Origin: Eledone cirrhosa | Taxonomy: Eukaryota | Direction: 5' to 3' | Length of the DNA stretch: 64,000 nucleotides | Assembly (NCBI GenBank): GCA_964016885.1 | Contig: OZ024740.1 | Coordinates: 226,672,001-226,736,000 of the forward strand | Shown here: in pieces, positions 40,630 to 53,301 of the stretch | How the letters are laid out: each line of letters begins with the position of its first letter | How positions within the stretch are numbered: position 1 is the stretch's first letter | Notes under the pieces: generated by a model | Seen by the model: the letters and a program-made list of their open reading frames with translations, nothing else | Database searches by the model: none | What the model was told of the DNA's origin: nothing | Program-made: the position numbers and the translations under genes

Positions 40630-40669
40630 GCACCTACGTACGTTTCGCCCAGTTGGGCTTCTCAAGGGC
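40630..40669 (-). ncRNA. Minimal type-I hammerhead ribozyme, U3-A8 variant
   Basis: Minus strand: GCCC-TTGAGAA-GCCC aact GGGC-GAAA-CGTACG-TA-GGTGC. Stem II is perfect, stem III is palindromic (ACGTACGT), the site is GUA, stem I has a 1-nt bulge, and AATAAA lies ~8 nt downstream. Confidence 0.7.
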
Positions 40670-40904
40670 ATAAATAACCAAAAGTGTTCCTTACATTGCT
40701 CGGAAAGAGTTTTGGGGGTTAAATTCACGTCAAGGTTCATTGCTCGCAAAAATAGCTTGTTTTGATTTTGCAGCAGGTCCTGTATGTGTATATATATATT
40801 GTAATGAGTTAATGTTCAACCATTGAGCTGTTGCAGACAGTGAGTGGATAACTGGTAACCCATAATCTCTCTTTCTCCCCCCTCTCTCTCTTCCTCTTTC
40901 TCTC

Positions 40905-40938
<34 letters not shown>

Positions 40939-40939
40939 G

Positions 40940-40990
<51 letters not shown>

Positions 40991-41572
40991 TCTATGTATA
41001 TATATATATATATACACACACACATATATATACATCATCATCATCATCATCATCATCGGATGTTAAATGAGGATGAGGATGTTGTTATATATGTTATGAC
41101 TATAACTAAAAATACTAATATTATCAATGTATGTCTCCTGCTTCTTTTGTTATTAACATATTAGTACAAAATGTTTAGAGAATGAAGACACATAGGTGAC
41201 AAAGGCTAAGAGAATGTTTGAATAAATATTCTATGTAGAGACTGACAGACAGACTGAGAGACAGAAAGAAAGAACAAAACCAAAGGGAACATTAAAGAGC
41301 ACCAAAGTAATTAAATCTAAAGAACTAATGAAACTATAATAGTTTTTCTACTAAAGAGTGCATTGGAGTGTTAAATGAAAGATAACAAAATAAAAGTAAT
41401 TGAAGTGGAAAATAAAATATAGTATATATATAAAAAATATTTAAAAAAAATAGCAGTAAATACTAATCTTTAGATTCTTTAAATTTAAAGAATTCAAGCC
41501 CACATACACTCACACACATATAGTCACACACAATCACATACATAAACACATGCATATACATATATACACATA

Positions 41573-41823
41573 CACATGTATGTGGCCAACCCTTCAACCC
41601 TTGATAGCAGAGTAAGTGGATATTAAATGATGATGATGGTGATGATGATGATGATGATAATGATGATGATAGGTGTAAGCATAGCTGTGTGGTTAAGAAG
41701 TTCTCTACACACACACACATACATTCAAACACATGTATGTGGCGGCCATTCTTTGATAACAGAGTAAGTGGATATTAAATGATGATGAGGAAGGAAGGTG
41801 TAGTCATAGCTGTGTCATTAAGA
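41573..41823. repeat. Diverged local tandem duplication (RTE-type tail plus SINE head)
   Basis: ACATGTATGTGG...GATA.CAGAGTAAGTGGATATTAAATGATGATGA...AGGTGTA..CATAGCTGTGT occurs twice. Confidence 0.75.
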
Positions 41824-42970
41824 ATTTGTTAGTATCCACAAGGTTCTGGGTTCTATCCCACTGTATTGTGTGCAAATGCCTATGACCAACCAATGTCTTA
41901 TGTGTGAATTTAGTAAACAGAAACCATAAGCAATATATGTATATATAATATATATATTTTTATTTATAGTAAGAAAAACGAAGTTTTGTTTAAATGTGTT
42001 TAGGTTTTTATTGTGTATCAACCTGTTACATGTGTTTCACAGAGGATTGGCTCTAAGTTACCCATGGAAGTTATGAACCCAACTTCAGCATTGAACTGCT
42101 CTTCAGGCTGGTGATCTGTGTGCGTGAAAATAAGATCATTGATTTCCCTAACCAATAATTGTATTAACCCACAAACAAAACACTCAGAAAACACTGTACA
42201 CCTGCAATCATAAGCCCTACTAAGCCAACCCAACCTGCAATCCCAATTATGTAAACCAACCATCAAAGAAGGAAGATAGAAATACAAATTGAAGTGTGAC
42301 TGGTCTTTAAAGAATGTTTCATTCTTATTAAATCTCTTCGGCCAAGCATATTCTACTCAGTTGGCATGACTATGAGTGAACTCTCTCTCTATATATATAT
42401 ATTATATATGTGTGTGTGTTGTTTTTTTTATCATCATTATTAACACTTAGTCTCACGATGTTTGATTCTCTCAAAAACAAAGACAGCAAAATTAGTTTAG
42501 TACAATTACATAGTCTGGCACTCCACTGATTTTCTTGTCTACCCAATAACTATTCAAATGATTCACCATGTTAGATTTTAATTATATTTCCACATCTTAA
42601 TAAGAACTCACACAATTTAATTGCTGCTTGGCAAAAGAAGAATCTTTCAGAGGCATCCATAATAATCAAAAGAGTGGTGATTGTGCTACTATATTTATGA
42701 GTGCATAAAAGAGAACAAAAAACGCATCAATACATATTCCTTTAAAAACCAAAATTACACTACCATCTTAATACATTAAGAGTGCCAAATACATAGATTG
42801 TTTATCTTATAAATACAGTCTACTTGCAGAAATAGACATATTTCTTGACAATAGATTGAAAGAGACAATTGATAGCAGACAACATGGTTAATAGCTGCAA
42901 TAAAAAGGATAGAAATATCTATTTATAAATTTACCCATACAAACTAAGTTGGTTCAAGTATAATATTATG

Positions 42971-43015
<45 letters not shown>

Positions 43016-43022
43016 GTATATA

Positions 43023-43153
<131 letters not shown>

Positions 43154-43180
43154 GTGTATATATATATGTGTATATATATG

Positions 43181-43228
<48 letters not shown>

Positions 43229-43242
43229 ACAGGTACATAACA

Positions 43243-43595
43243 GGTACATGGCTTAGTGGTTAGAGCATTGGGCGTGCAATCATGAGGTTGTGAGTTTGAT
43301 TCTCAGATCGGTTGATGCATTGTGTCCTTGAACAAGACACTTTATTTCACATTGCTCCAGTTTATTCATCTGTAGAAATGAGTTGTGATCTCACTGATAC
43401 TGAGTTGTATCAGCCATTGCCTATCTCTTGAACAACATTGATGGCATGGAGAGATAAGAAACTGATATGTATGAGTAACTGCTGGTCTTCTATAAACAAC
43501 CTTACCTGGACTTGTACTTCAGAGGGGGATACTTTCTAGGTGCAAATCCCGTGGTCCTTCATGACCGAAGGGGGGGGGGGGGTCTTCACACTTTT
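43243..43595 (+). mobile_element. CORE-like SINE, second body type
   Basis: Same head and CORE segment as family A (TCATCTGTAGAAATGAG) but a different 3' body ending CATGACCGAAGGGG..CTT. Confidence 0.8.
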
Positions 43596-43610
43596 TATAT
43601 ATATATACAT

Positions 43611-43642
<32 letters not shown>

Positions 43643-44065
43643 ACAGATATAGATATCATATATCACTCCATGCAAGTGTGAAAAAAATAGATGTAAAATG
43701 AGAGTATCTTGGTCAGCATATAAACATTTCAGCTGCCCTTCATAGGCAGATGTCATAGCTGTAGAGTCACTGTCAGGTGATAATTCTTCCTCCTCTATAC
43801 AACTACTGTAAATATATTCTACCCTCTAATCAGAATGATGTCAATATTGTTAGAAATCAATATTATGTAGGCGTATGCCATCATTGTCAGGGTCTACACT
43901 ATCCAAAATCCACTGCAAGCCTTTAGAAGTCAAAAATATCTTGAAATATATTTCTCTATTTCCAATACAAAATATCAATTGTATATTTTAATACCTACTT
44001 ACACATGCTCACACACACATATATGTATGTTTGTATGTATGTATGTTTGTATGTATGTATGTTTG

Positions 44066-44504
44066 TTATCTCTTTCTCTTAATTTCGAGTATATTTTTTT
44101 GACCGGCCACCTTCCTGGTGGCAAGGTTGTAAAAGAAAAGAAATTGTCATCCCTTGAATCGCAAGAATGTTTTGCAAATTTTGAAGGTGCCAGCTATCGC
44201 AGCCATTTGTAGACTATGAATTAGGGAGCTGCGCTTTTTGTCCACAAATCCAAGTTCAGTCATACTTTGGTCGAAGCGGGTTGGTATATAACCCGTAGCT
44301 CCAATAATGATGGGTATGAAGCTAAGGGTGTATCTTGGATACTGGATTTGTAAACTCCTCATCAATGGTCCGTAGATGTCCTCCTTCTCCTGTATTTTTC
44401 TGACAACGTTTACATCAAGTGGGCAGCTGATCTCCACAACAGAACACGTTTTCAATGTGTGGTCCCAAACAACAATATCAGGCCGGTTGTGCTTTAATTT
44501 GGTC
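44066..44504 (-). mobile_element. 5'-truncated REL-endonuclease LINE (second family) in (CATA)n
   Basis: Open frame KHNRPDIVVWD..TCSVVEISCPLD...EKEDIYG...PIIIGATG...KTFLRFKG* (PD-(D/E) type endonuclease). Identical 17-mer GTATGTATGTATGTTTG at 44049-44065 and 44505-44521. Confidence 0.88.
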
Positions 44505-45805
44505 GTATGTATGTATGTTTGTATGTATGCAAGCATGAACAGCATGAACAGTATGTCAGTAGTTGGTATTTTCTTTTTACATACATATTTATTGATATAT
44601 ATATATATATATATATATGCGTATATATATATATACAAATATGATTGTATATAAAGTGATGTGTAAGTTCTATGCTGTTGCTTTATACTCCTTTTATCAC
44701 TATTACTTAAGATACCAAAATAAATATTTTAAAAGTTCATGAAAATCAAAGCTTGTTATTGGAATATTGATGTTGTGTTCAATAAATTAAAATTTCTTTG
44801 AACTTTATCATACAGCTATTTAACAATATATTTTGGTAACTAAGCAGCAATTCACATTGTCAATTTAGAGACACTGAATAGTTAGAACGTTTAATGTGGT
44901 AGATATTATTTCTTAATAAAGAAAGCTATTGAAAGAGATTTTACTAAAATGACCTACAATCCATTATTGATTAATTTTGCTTTTACTGATAATTATAGTT
45001 TTGTTTGGCTAGAAATGAATCCCAGCCAAAACAATAGCCAGGAAATGGTCCTTTTCATAGACAGTGGTGTGATATATAGACTTACTGCTGTATATCAGGC
45101 AGTTTTGCCAATGGCCCCTTGCAAATGACTAAATGCTGGTTCAAAGCCATTTAACTGGTTCTATGCCAAGAAGTTAACCAACATAAACTGAAGGCTAGTC
45201 ACTCACATGGGTAGACATTGAAAAAGCAAGTAAATCACAATGATATATCGAGACAGAAAGATTTCTAGCAAATGTCACCATTTCAAATATTTATTGATCA
45301 GTTTAGTAAGATCATAGAATATTTTCTATTGTCAGCAATTAACTTATAATAAACAGTAAACAGTTTACAAGAATCATTTGTAGTAGAAACTTTGAATTGG
45401 CGCAATTTAAATCACGTATTGATTTTCTTGGCAGTCGTAACACACCATCATGCAAACTTTATTTCTGAACTTTAATGCTATCAATTTCAACAAAGGCAGA
45501 GTGTTTATCTTGTAGAAACCTACTTCAAGCGCTTCAAAAGCCATAAGAGTATACCTGCCTGTGCAATTAAGAGGTTCAAGTAAATAATGTTTTAATATAG
45601 GTTTTATTTTCTCTTTTCTCCGTTTGAAATTGAAGTACATTAAAGTTGAATTAACTAATATTGGATGTCTTTAGAAAACTAAGATTTTCTCTCAGGGAAA
45701 CCAAATGATTAAGCTGTTGGAATACTAATTGAAAATTTACTTTGAATATTACAGGCTATCCTTGATTTACCTGGATTCTAATTTACTATGTATTTGTGTA
45801 TATGC

Positions 45806-45858
<53 letters not shown>

Positions 45859-45861
<3 letters not shown>

Positions 45862-46123
45862 ACTGAGGTGGAATGGACATGTGATGTGCATGGAGGATGA
45901 CCGATGGGTGAAGAAGTGCCAGGAAATGCCAGTTGAAGGAAGACGTGGTAGAGGTAGACCACAAAAAACATGGGCGGAGGTGGTGAGAACAGACCTCAGA
46001 TCGCTGAAGCTCACGGTGGAGATGACGAAGGACCGTGACAAGTGGAGAGATGCTGTGCTAAATAAGACCCATCCCACCCTTGCAAGCAGGGAAGAGCAGA
46101 TGTAAAATGATGATGATGATGAT
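45859..46123 (+). mobile_element. RTE-clade LINE 3' end
   Basis: [32 protein letters not shown]...DRDKWR, then CCCACCCTTGCAAGCAGGGAAGAGCAGATGTAAA(ATG)n. Confidence 0.88.
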
Positions 46124-46603
46124 ATACATACATACATGTATACATATCATTGATTGGCAATATCAGCCAGTATTGACGCATAGTTACGGCCCTTGCCATT
46201 CTGAGTTCAAATCCCGCCAAGGTTAACTTTACCTTTCATCCTTACGGGGTCGAGAAAATAAAGTACCAGTAATGCCAAACGTACAAACAATTATTATTAT
46301 GATAGACACGTGGGCTTCAATATAATGATAAGAAGTTTGGTTGCATTGTAACTTCTTGGCTATGATTAAACTGCATGGCAGGATTAAACCTGAAATATAG
46401 CCTCAGGCTGATCAATGTTTTGTGAAACGGAAACTGTTATATATATATATATACATGCGTGTCTGTGTACATTTGTCTCCATGCTAAATTTGATGTTAAT
46501 ACTCCTTAAATAACGAGTGTCATTTGTTTATGTTATACATAAACAATATGTCCTGCAGATTAGATGTTCAGTTTGTGAATATCAGAGGAATAGTGGGCAT
46601 AAA

Positions 46604-46637
<34 letters not shown>

Positions 46638-46839
46638 CCACACACGCACATGTATAGGCTTGAATTATCAGTATTAAAAAAGACCAACCAAGTACTGCTA
46701 ATTGTTGCTATTGGCTTCAAGAAGAAAACCAGACAACATAGTGAGGTTCTATTTCATTCTAAACTTGTACGTATATCACACATGTTCTGGTTTGATGAAC
46801 TTTGAACAGAAATCTATTTTCAATAATACTACTTGTCAA

Positions 46840-47008
46840 CGGGGTCGGACACCATGCTTTGAAGCATAGAGTTACCTCCCTTTATGATCAGAGTTCAAAT
46901 CCCACCGAGGTTAACTTTGCCTCTCATCCTTACGGGGTCGATAAAATAAAGTACCAGTAATACACTGGGTAATTGCTGGCCTTGTGCCAAAAGCAGAAAC
47001 AATTATTA
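46840..47008 (+). mobile_element. Family B SINE (further copies at 39195-39340, 46150-46300 and 57910-58240)
   Basis: Match to the family B unit. Confidence 0.85.
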
Positions 47009-47403
47009 TGGATGGGTTCATATACATATCAGCTTTGAAGGCATGTGGCAGAATGGTTAAGATGTAGGGTTCACTATTATAATGTTGTGAATGTGATTGC
47101 CTGACCACGCATTGCACTCCGATTTTGAGCTAGTCACTTTATTTTATGTGGTCTCAGGAGTTTTGTACTCTTGGGGGACCTCAGGAAATTGGAATAAGTT
47201 CTACCTCAATTGTTACTATATTTCTAATGGCAGATACTGTCTATCTCTGGTGTTTCAAATAATTTTGAAAACTATCAATAATTTCGATGGATTTAGTAAT
47301 CTTAATAATTCTCATAATTAAACTGGTGCATGGAACTTAACATGACAAATATCTTAAAATAAGATTATAATAGAAGTTTTGCATTTAGATAAATATAAGT
47401 ACT

Positions 47404-47632
47404 TTAACCCTTTAGCATTTAAACCAGTTGTATCTGGCCAGAATTCTCTCACCTCTTTCTGCTGAAACCAGCTTTAACTGGTCACTCATACTCATGTTAA
47501 GGTATTGTTCTCAAAATCAATAATATCAAAATCTCATAGATTCTATATTATGTGAGATAATTATGTAAGATAAAGACTTTACTACAAAAATACAATAGTA
47601 AATATAGAGTAATATAAATGCTAAAAGGTTAA
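47404..47632 (-). mobile_element. piggyBac-type MITE
   Basis: TTAA-CCCTTTAGCATTTA ... TAAATGCTAAAAGG-TTAA; inverted homologue of 59144-59359. Confidence 0.85.
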
Positions 47633-48567
47633 AGCAAATACCTTTTCATCATAGAACCAGAAGCAGTTCCAGGTGGTTTGGTATCGAAAGAGCAAGGCTC
47701 AAAAATACTTTATCACATATCAGATAATTTTCTATCACATATTAAATGTGAGAAAAGGTGTTGTGTCTAGATGCCTCTTTTAAATATCTCAGTGATTAAT
47801 ACTTCATTTGAAGTGTTTTAGATAACAATGTTTTTGTTTTTCCTTTTTTTATATTGTTTTATTTTTTGTAATTGGTGGGGGTTATTAATTGAACAAGGAA
47901 TTAAATTTCAGAAGGATAAAATTTCCAGAAGGAATGATTTTAGATGGTTTTTAATGTGTGGGTGTTTAGAATAAAGCTAAAATGGTACAATGAGTCATTT
48001 TAATAGTAGGATAGGACTTGGGGTGTTGAGAGAAGAAGAAAAAACTCTTATAATAAACTGACAAATAAAGTTTTAAAGACCACCGCCAAATTAGATCCAA
48101 TCAAATTCTACAATATCATGTACCATGAGATAAAGCTTATCAGTAAATGAAAATTTGAATGTTTGAAGCTGAGGAAAAAAAATTTTTAATTTCTCATATG
48201 AGATGATTAGTTTTACAGTACATTTTAACCAAACACAAAAAAATTCATTTTTTGAGAAAAAAATTAATTACTGACTTAGAAGAAGCTAATTAATACTAAT
48301 TATCCTTCAGTTGCACTTCTAAATTACAAGAAATTTCACTAAAAATTTTAAAAATTTTCTATTTTATTCTTGATATTTTATTTTTTTCTACAAAAATGGC
48401 TAATGTTACAGCCATAACAAGAAAACCGGCAAGTTTTTATAGTATTTTGATTTACTCACACACGAATAATTGAAATTGTCTGTGAAAATATCCAAATATA
48501 TATCTCTATCATGGACACGCAAATGTACATATACTCACACATATGTACCCACACACACTCTCATATC

Positions 48568-48632
<65 letters not shown>

Positions 48633-50671
48633 GTTGTTCTTTGAGTCTCAGTCATTGATGTTATTTAACTGGAAAGTTTGTTGAAATGAATATCAACCCA
48701 CTACCTGCGGCCTCAGATATTCAGGACGTTTCGGAGGGTCCTTGCTGTTCCCAGCAAGCATGCCTTTTGAAGTGTTCCAAAAAGTGGGGCGGGACCAATT
48801 TTCTTTAACCATACTTGGAAACTCTTTGAGATAGTACCTAGTGCGCCTATGACAATCGGGACCACTTTGACTTCATGGCAGTTCCAAATCCTTTTTACCT
48901 CCCACTTTAAGTCCTGGTATCGGTTAATTTTCTTCCTCTCCTTCTCTTGCACTCTTGTGTCGAATGGGCAGGCTACATCCACAATCAGGCACGATCTTTT
49001 TTCCTTGTCCAAAACCAACAGGTCAGGTCTATTGTGTTCCAGTTTCTTGTCCATCTGTATCCTAAAATCCCACAGCACCTTCACCTGATCGTTTTCTATC
49101 ACCGACTCTGGCTTATGCTCATACCACTTCTCAGATGTGGTAAATTGTTTACTTTGCATAGGTGCCAGTGGATCACCCTGCCCATCACGTCATGTCTCCA
49201 GCCTATATAGTGAGTCTGGGCTAGGTGTTTACACTCGGATACAATGTGAGCCACAGTCTCCTCTCTCTCTCCACAGATCCTACACAGTGGGGTAGCCTCC
49301 TCCTTGTAAATATGGTGTTTTAGCCACTTCGTTTTGAGGGCCTGCTCTTGCGCAGCCATTAGCATTCCTTCTGTAGCCTTTTTAAAGTCTCCTCTTTTCA
49401 ACCAGTTCCATCTCTGTGGATCTCTAAATTCAATATTCTCAAAGAAGGCACTATGAAGGGATTTTTCATGAAGGTTGCTTTTTCTCCTTGTTGTTATTTC
49501 CTCCTTGGACATACCCTGGTCTATTGTCCTCCCCTTCAGTACAATTCTGAGCATTGGCTCGTTACTATCAGTCACGTATTTGTGTAGGTTGTTTTTCTCC
49601 ATCTGAACACAGTCCTCTATGCTGATAAGACCTCTTCCACCTTCAGATCTCCTTAAGTAGAGTCTATCGACATCACTCCTTTTGTGGAACATGTTGTAGA
49701 TAGTCAATAGCTTCCTAGTCTTCCTATCCATTTCTTTTTGTTCAGCAACATTCCATCTCAGAATTCCTGCACTGTACCTAATAATAGACACAGCTCGGGA
49801 ATTTACTGCACTTATGGCATTCCTTTATCATCTCACCTGTTGGTACCTGGATTCCGTTACTTCTGCTCAATTTACCCCTCTTCATCACAAGGACTCCACA
49901 CTTACTAATACCAAATTGCATACATATATCATTGCTGAAAATATGGACAGTGTCAACAAGCACATCCAACTCCTTCTCACTGTTCCCGAAGAGCTTAAGA
50001 TCGTCCATGAAGATGGTAAGCTCTCCCTTTCCCAACTTGTATCCTGCTCTCACTTTTCGCAGTATAATGGTCAGGGGCATCAGGGCAAGGACAAACTACA
50101 GAGGGGACAGACTATCTCCCTGGAAGATACCTCTCTTGATCTTCACACCTCCCAAGGATTCTCCAGCCGATGTTAACTCTGTTTTCCAGGACTTCATACT
50201 TTTGCTCAAAAACTGTCTGATGTTATCTGCCACCTTGATGATCTCTAGGCTTTTGGTGATCCAAGAATGAGGTACCATGTCAAATGCCTTTTTGTAGTCT
50301 ATCCATCCCATGGCAAGACCAGTGTGTCTCCTCCTGCAATTCCTCATTACCATCTTATCAATAAGTAACTGGTCTTTTGTACCACGGGACTTCTTTCGGC
50401 ATCCTTTCTGTTCGTCCGGTAACAAGTTGTTTATGTGGAGGTGATGGTAGATTTCCTCAGACACAATGCTTGTTAACAGTTTCCACATTACAGACAGACA
50501 TGTGATAGGTCTATAGTTGGTAACATCATTACCCTTGATTCGGTCTTTCATTACCAGAACTGTGGTTCCTTCTGTCAACCACTCTGTTACCTCACCTGAC
50601 ATCAAGCAGTCATTGAACATGGTTGTCAGTTTCGGGTGGAGGGATGTTATATTTTTAATCCAATAACCCCC
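48633..50671 (-). mobile_element. 5'-truncated, frameshifted R4/Dong-like non-LTR retrotransposon (RT, CCHC knuckle, REL endonuclease)
   Basis: Four consecutive minus-strand ORF pieces: DYKKAFDMVPH...GIFQGDSLSPL; FMDDLKL...FGISKC; CRICGEREETVAHIVSEC...RHD; HNRPDLLVLD...DVACPFD...KINRYQDL. (TAA)n on both flanks. Confidence 0.95.
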
Positions 50672-51526
50672 AAATATTATTATTATTATTATTATTGTTA
50701 TTATTATTATTATTAAAATTATTATTGCTATTATTTTATTTTTATTTCTCTTCTTTTTCTTTGTTTTCTTCTTCTTCTTCTTCTTCTTCTTCTTCTTCTT
50801 CTTCTTCTTCTTCTTCTTCTTCTTCTCCATCTTATAATTTATAAATATATATGCACATAATATACACTGACAGGGCAATGTGGTTAACACATTTTTTATG
50901 CAACCATGTTGTTTGGGGTTCACTTCTATAGTGAGGCACTTTAGGTAAATGTCTTCTGCAATAGCTTCAGGATGATCAATGTCTTGTGAGTGAATATGCT
51001 AGATGGAAATTTCAGCATCCAAAAGATATTATCACTACACATATCAAGTAAACACCTTTGTGGTACACACTACTTATGTTTGAACAAAACTTGAGTACTG
51101 TTTGAAAACCTTGAATAGTTTTGTTGTTACACACTTTAACATCCTAGATAAGATAGTACAAAAAAAAAAAAAATAAACAAAGATTCACTCACCAGCATAC
51201 TACAAATACTCATATATATATATATATATATATGTCTTGTTTCCTCTATAATCCTGCCCATTGCTACTTGCAATATATGAGTATAGAGTTTGAAAGCTAC
51301 ATACCATCCAATCACTTCTCATCTAATACTCAAAATTTATCTCCTTGTATTATTCCTTCCCTATTTCAGAGCTTGCACTGAATATTTTCCCTAGTCTCCC
51401 AGATACAGTTCTTTGGCACCAAACTCATTAATTTAGAATTTAAAAAATTGAATGATATGCAGAAACTATATACATATACAAACGACACTGTAGAAATATT
51501 TAAAGCTATCTTTTATTTATAATTCT

Positions 51527-51564
51527 ATTTTCTGATGATGGACTAGTGTCGAAAATGTTAAGAC
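51527..51564 (+). ncRNA. Degenerate hammerhead-like motif
   Basis: TTTT-CTGATGA-tg GAC tagt GTC-GAAA-ATGT-TA-AGAC. Core boxes are present but the stems are weak. Confidence 0.4.
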
Positions 51565-51660
51565 TCTTTTCCTGATATTTCATGTGTTTGACTAATATAT
51601 TTCTTTAATGTACTCTGTACTGCTTTGTTATTTCTGATAATTTTTTACACACATGCATAT

Positions 51661-51696
<36 letters not shown>

Positions 51697-51935
51697 CTAC
51701 TACTACTACAATTGTGGATGGAGGGAGGACTGCACCTGCACAGGGCTAGTACTTTCTTTATCAACCCTGAAAGGATGAAAGGCAAAGTGGACCTTGGCAT
51801 GGTTTGAATTCAAAATGCAGTGACTTGGAATAAATATCCATTGCTCTAATGTCTCTGCCAAACCAACTAACTGCCTTTATCACCATCAACATTTAATGTC
51901 TATTATTGCACACTTGTATTTATATATATTGTATC

Positions 51936-51969
<34 letters not shown>

Positions 51970-52344
51970 AGTACAAAGCGAAACCTACAGTCAGTAGGCA
52001 CCTCTAACAAAAACACACCCCGTCCCACTACCCCCACCCCATCCACACCACCCCTTTCAATGTAAAGTTATGTTGGTAGTACAACATCCAGTCCGAAACA
52101 AATGAGGTCGTGTAGGTGTCACGACAAAAAAACACACAGTCCATGCTGTAATGTGGCCGTGTAGGTAACACGGTAAAAACCTCCCAGTCCACACTGTAAA
52201 TGTGGTTGGTGTTAGGAAGGGCATCCAGCCGTAGAAAACCCGCCAGACAGTCCTATACAAGCAAGACAACCAATCTTGCCTGAAGTGGGAAAATTCCCGT
52301 CCAAACCCATGCAAGCGTGGAAGATGGACGTTAAACGATGATGA

Positions 52345-52348
<4 letters not shown>
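51970..52348 (+). mobile_element. Family C element
   Basis: Homologous to 1130-1517; (AT)n on both sides. Confidence 0.88.
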
Positions 52349-52376
<28 letters not shown>

Positions 52377-52379
<3 letters not shown>

Positions 52380-52739
52380 TCACAGACCGGGTGATGTGTT
52401 GTTTCCTTGAGCAAGACACTTTATTTCATATTGCTCCAGTTTACTCAGCTGTAGAAATGAGATGGACTGGGGTTCCTATCATTCCACTGCAAACTGGTCG
52501 TAGAGGTGCCATGGCAAAAAAGCACCCAGCCCACACTGTAAACGTTGTCATGTAGGCGCCACGGAAAAAAAGCACCCACCACTCACTGTAAATGAGGTTG
52601 GTGTTAGGAAGGGCATCCAGCTGTAGCAATCAAGCCAGAATCAGTTCCCGTATGAGGACACTGCCCACAACAGGACAACCCGTCTAACCCATGGTAGTGT
52701 GGAAGAATGGACGTAAAACGGTGATGATGATGACGATGA

Positions 52740-52742
<3 letters not shown>
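52377..52742 (+). mobile_element. Chimeric SINE: family A body with a duplicated module and a family-C-like tail
   Basis: Family A up to GAATCAGTTCCCGT, then ...CCGTCTAACCCATGGTAGTGTGGAAGAATGGACGTAAAACG(ATG)n. Confidence 0.7.
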
Positions 52743-52819
<77 letters not shown>

Positions 52820-52820
52820 G

Positions 52821-52869
<49 letters not shown>

Positions 52870-52898
52870 TTATATATATATATTTATATATATATATG

Positions 52899-52969
<71 letters not shown>

Positions 52970-53156
52970 TTATATATATATATTTATATATATATATGTA
53001 TAAGATTAGTATAGATATGTATAAGATTAGTCCCACCCTTGCAAGCAGGGAAAAAGCGGACGTAAAATGAAATGAAATGATATATATATATGTATATATA
53101 TATATGTATATATATATATATGTATATATATGTATATATACATGTATATATATATG

Positions 53157-53203
<47 letters not shown>

Positions 53204-53220
53204 GTATTTATATGTATATA

Positions 53221-53301
<81 letters not shown>

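Noticed and set aside
42060-42112. Minus-strand CTGAAGA-GCA..TGC-T-GAAG
   Set aside because: Extra base, GAAG instead of GAAA, and no stem I.
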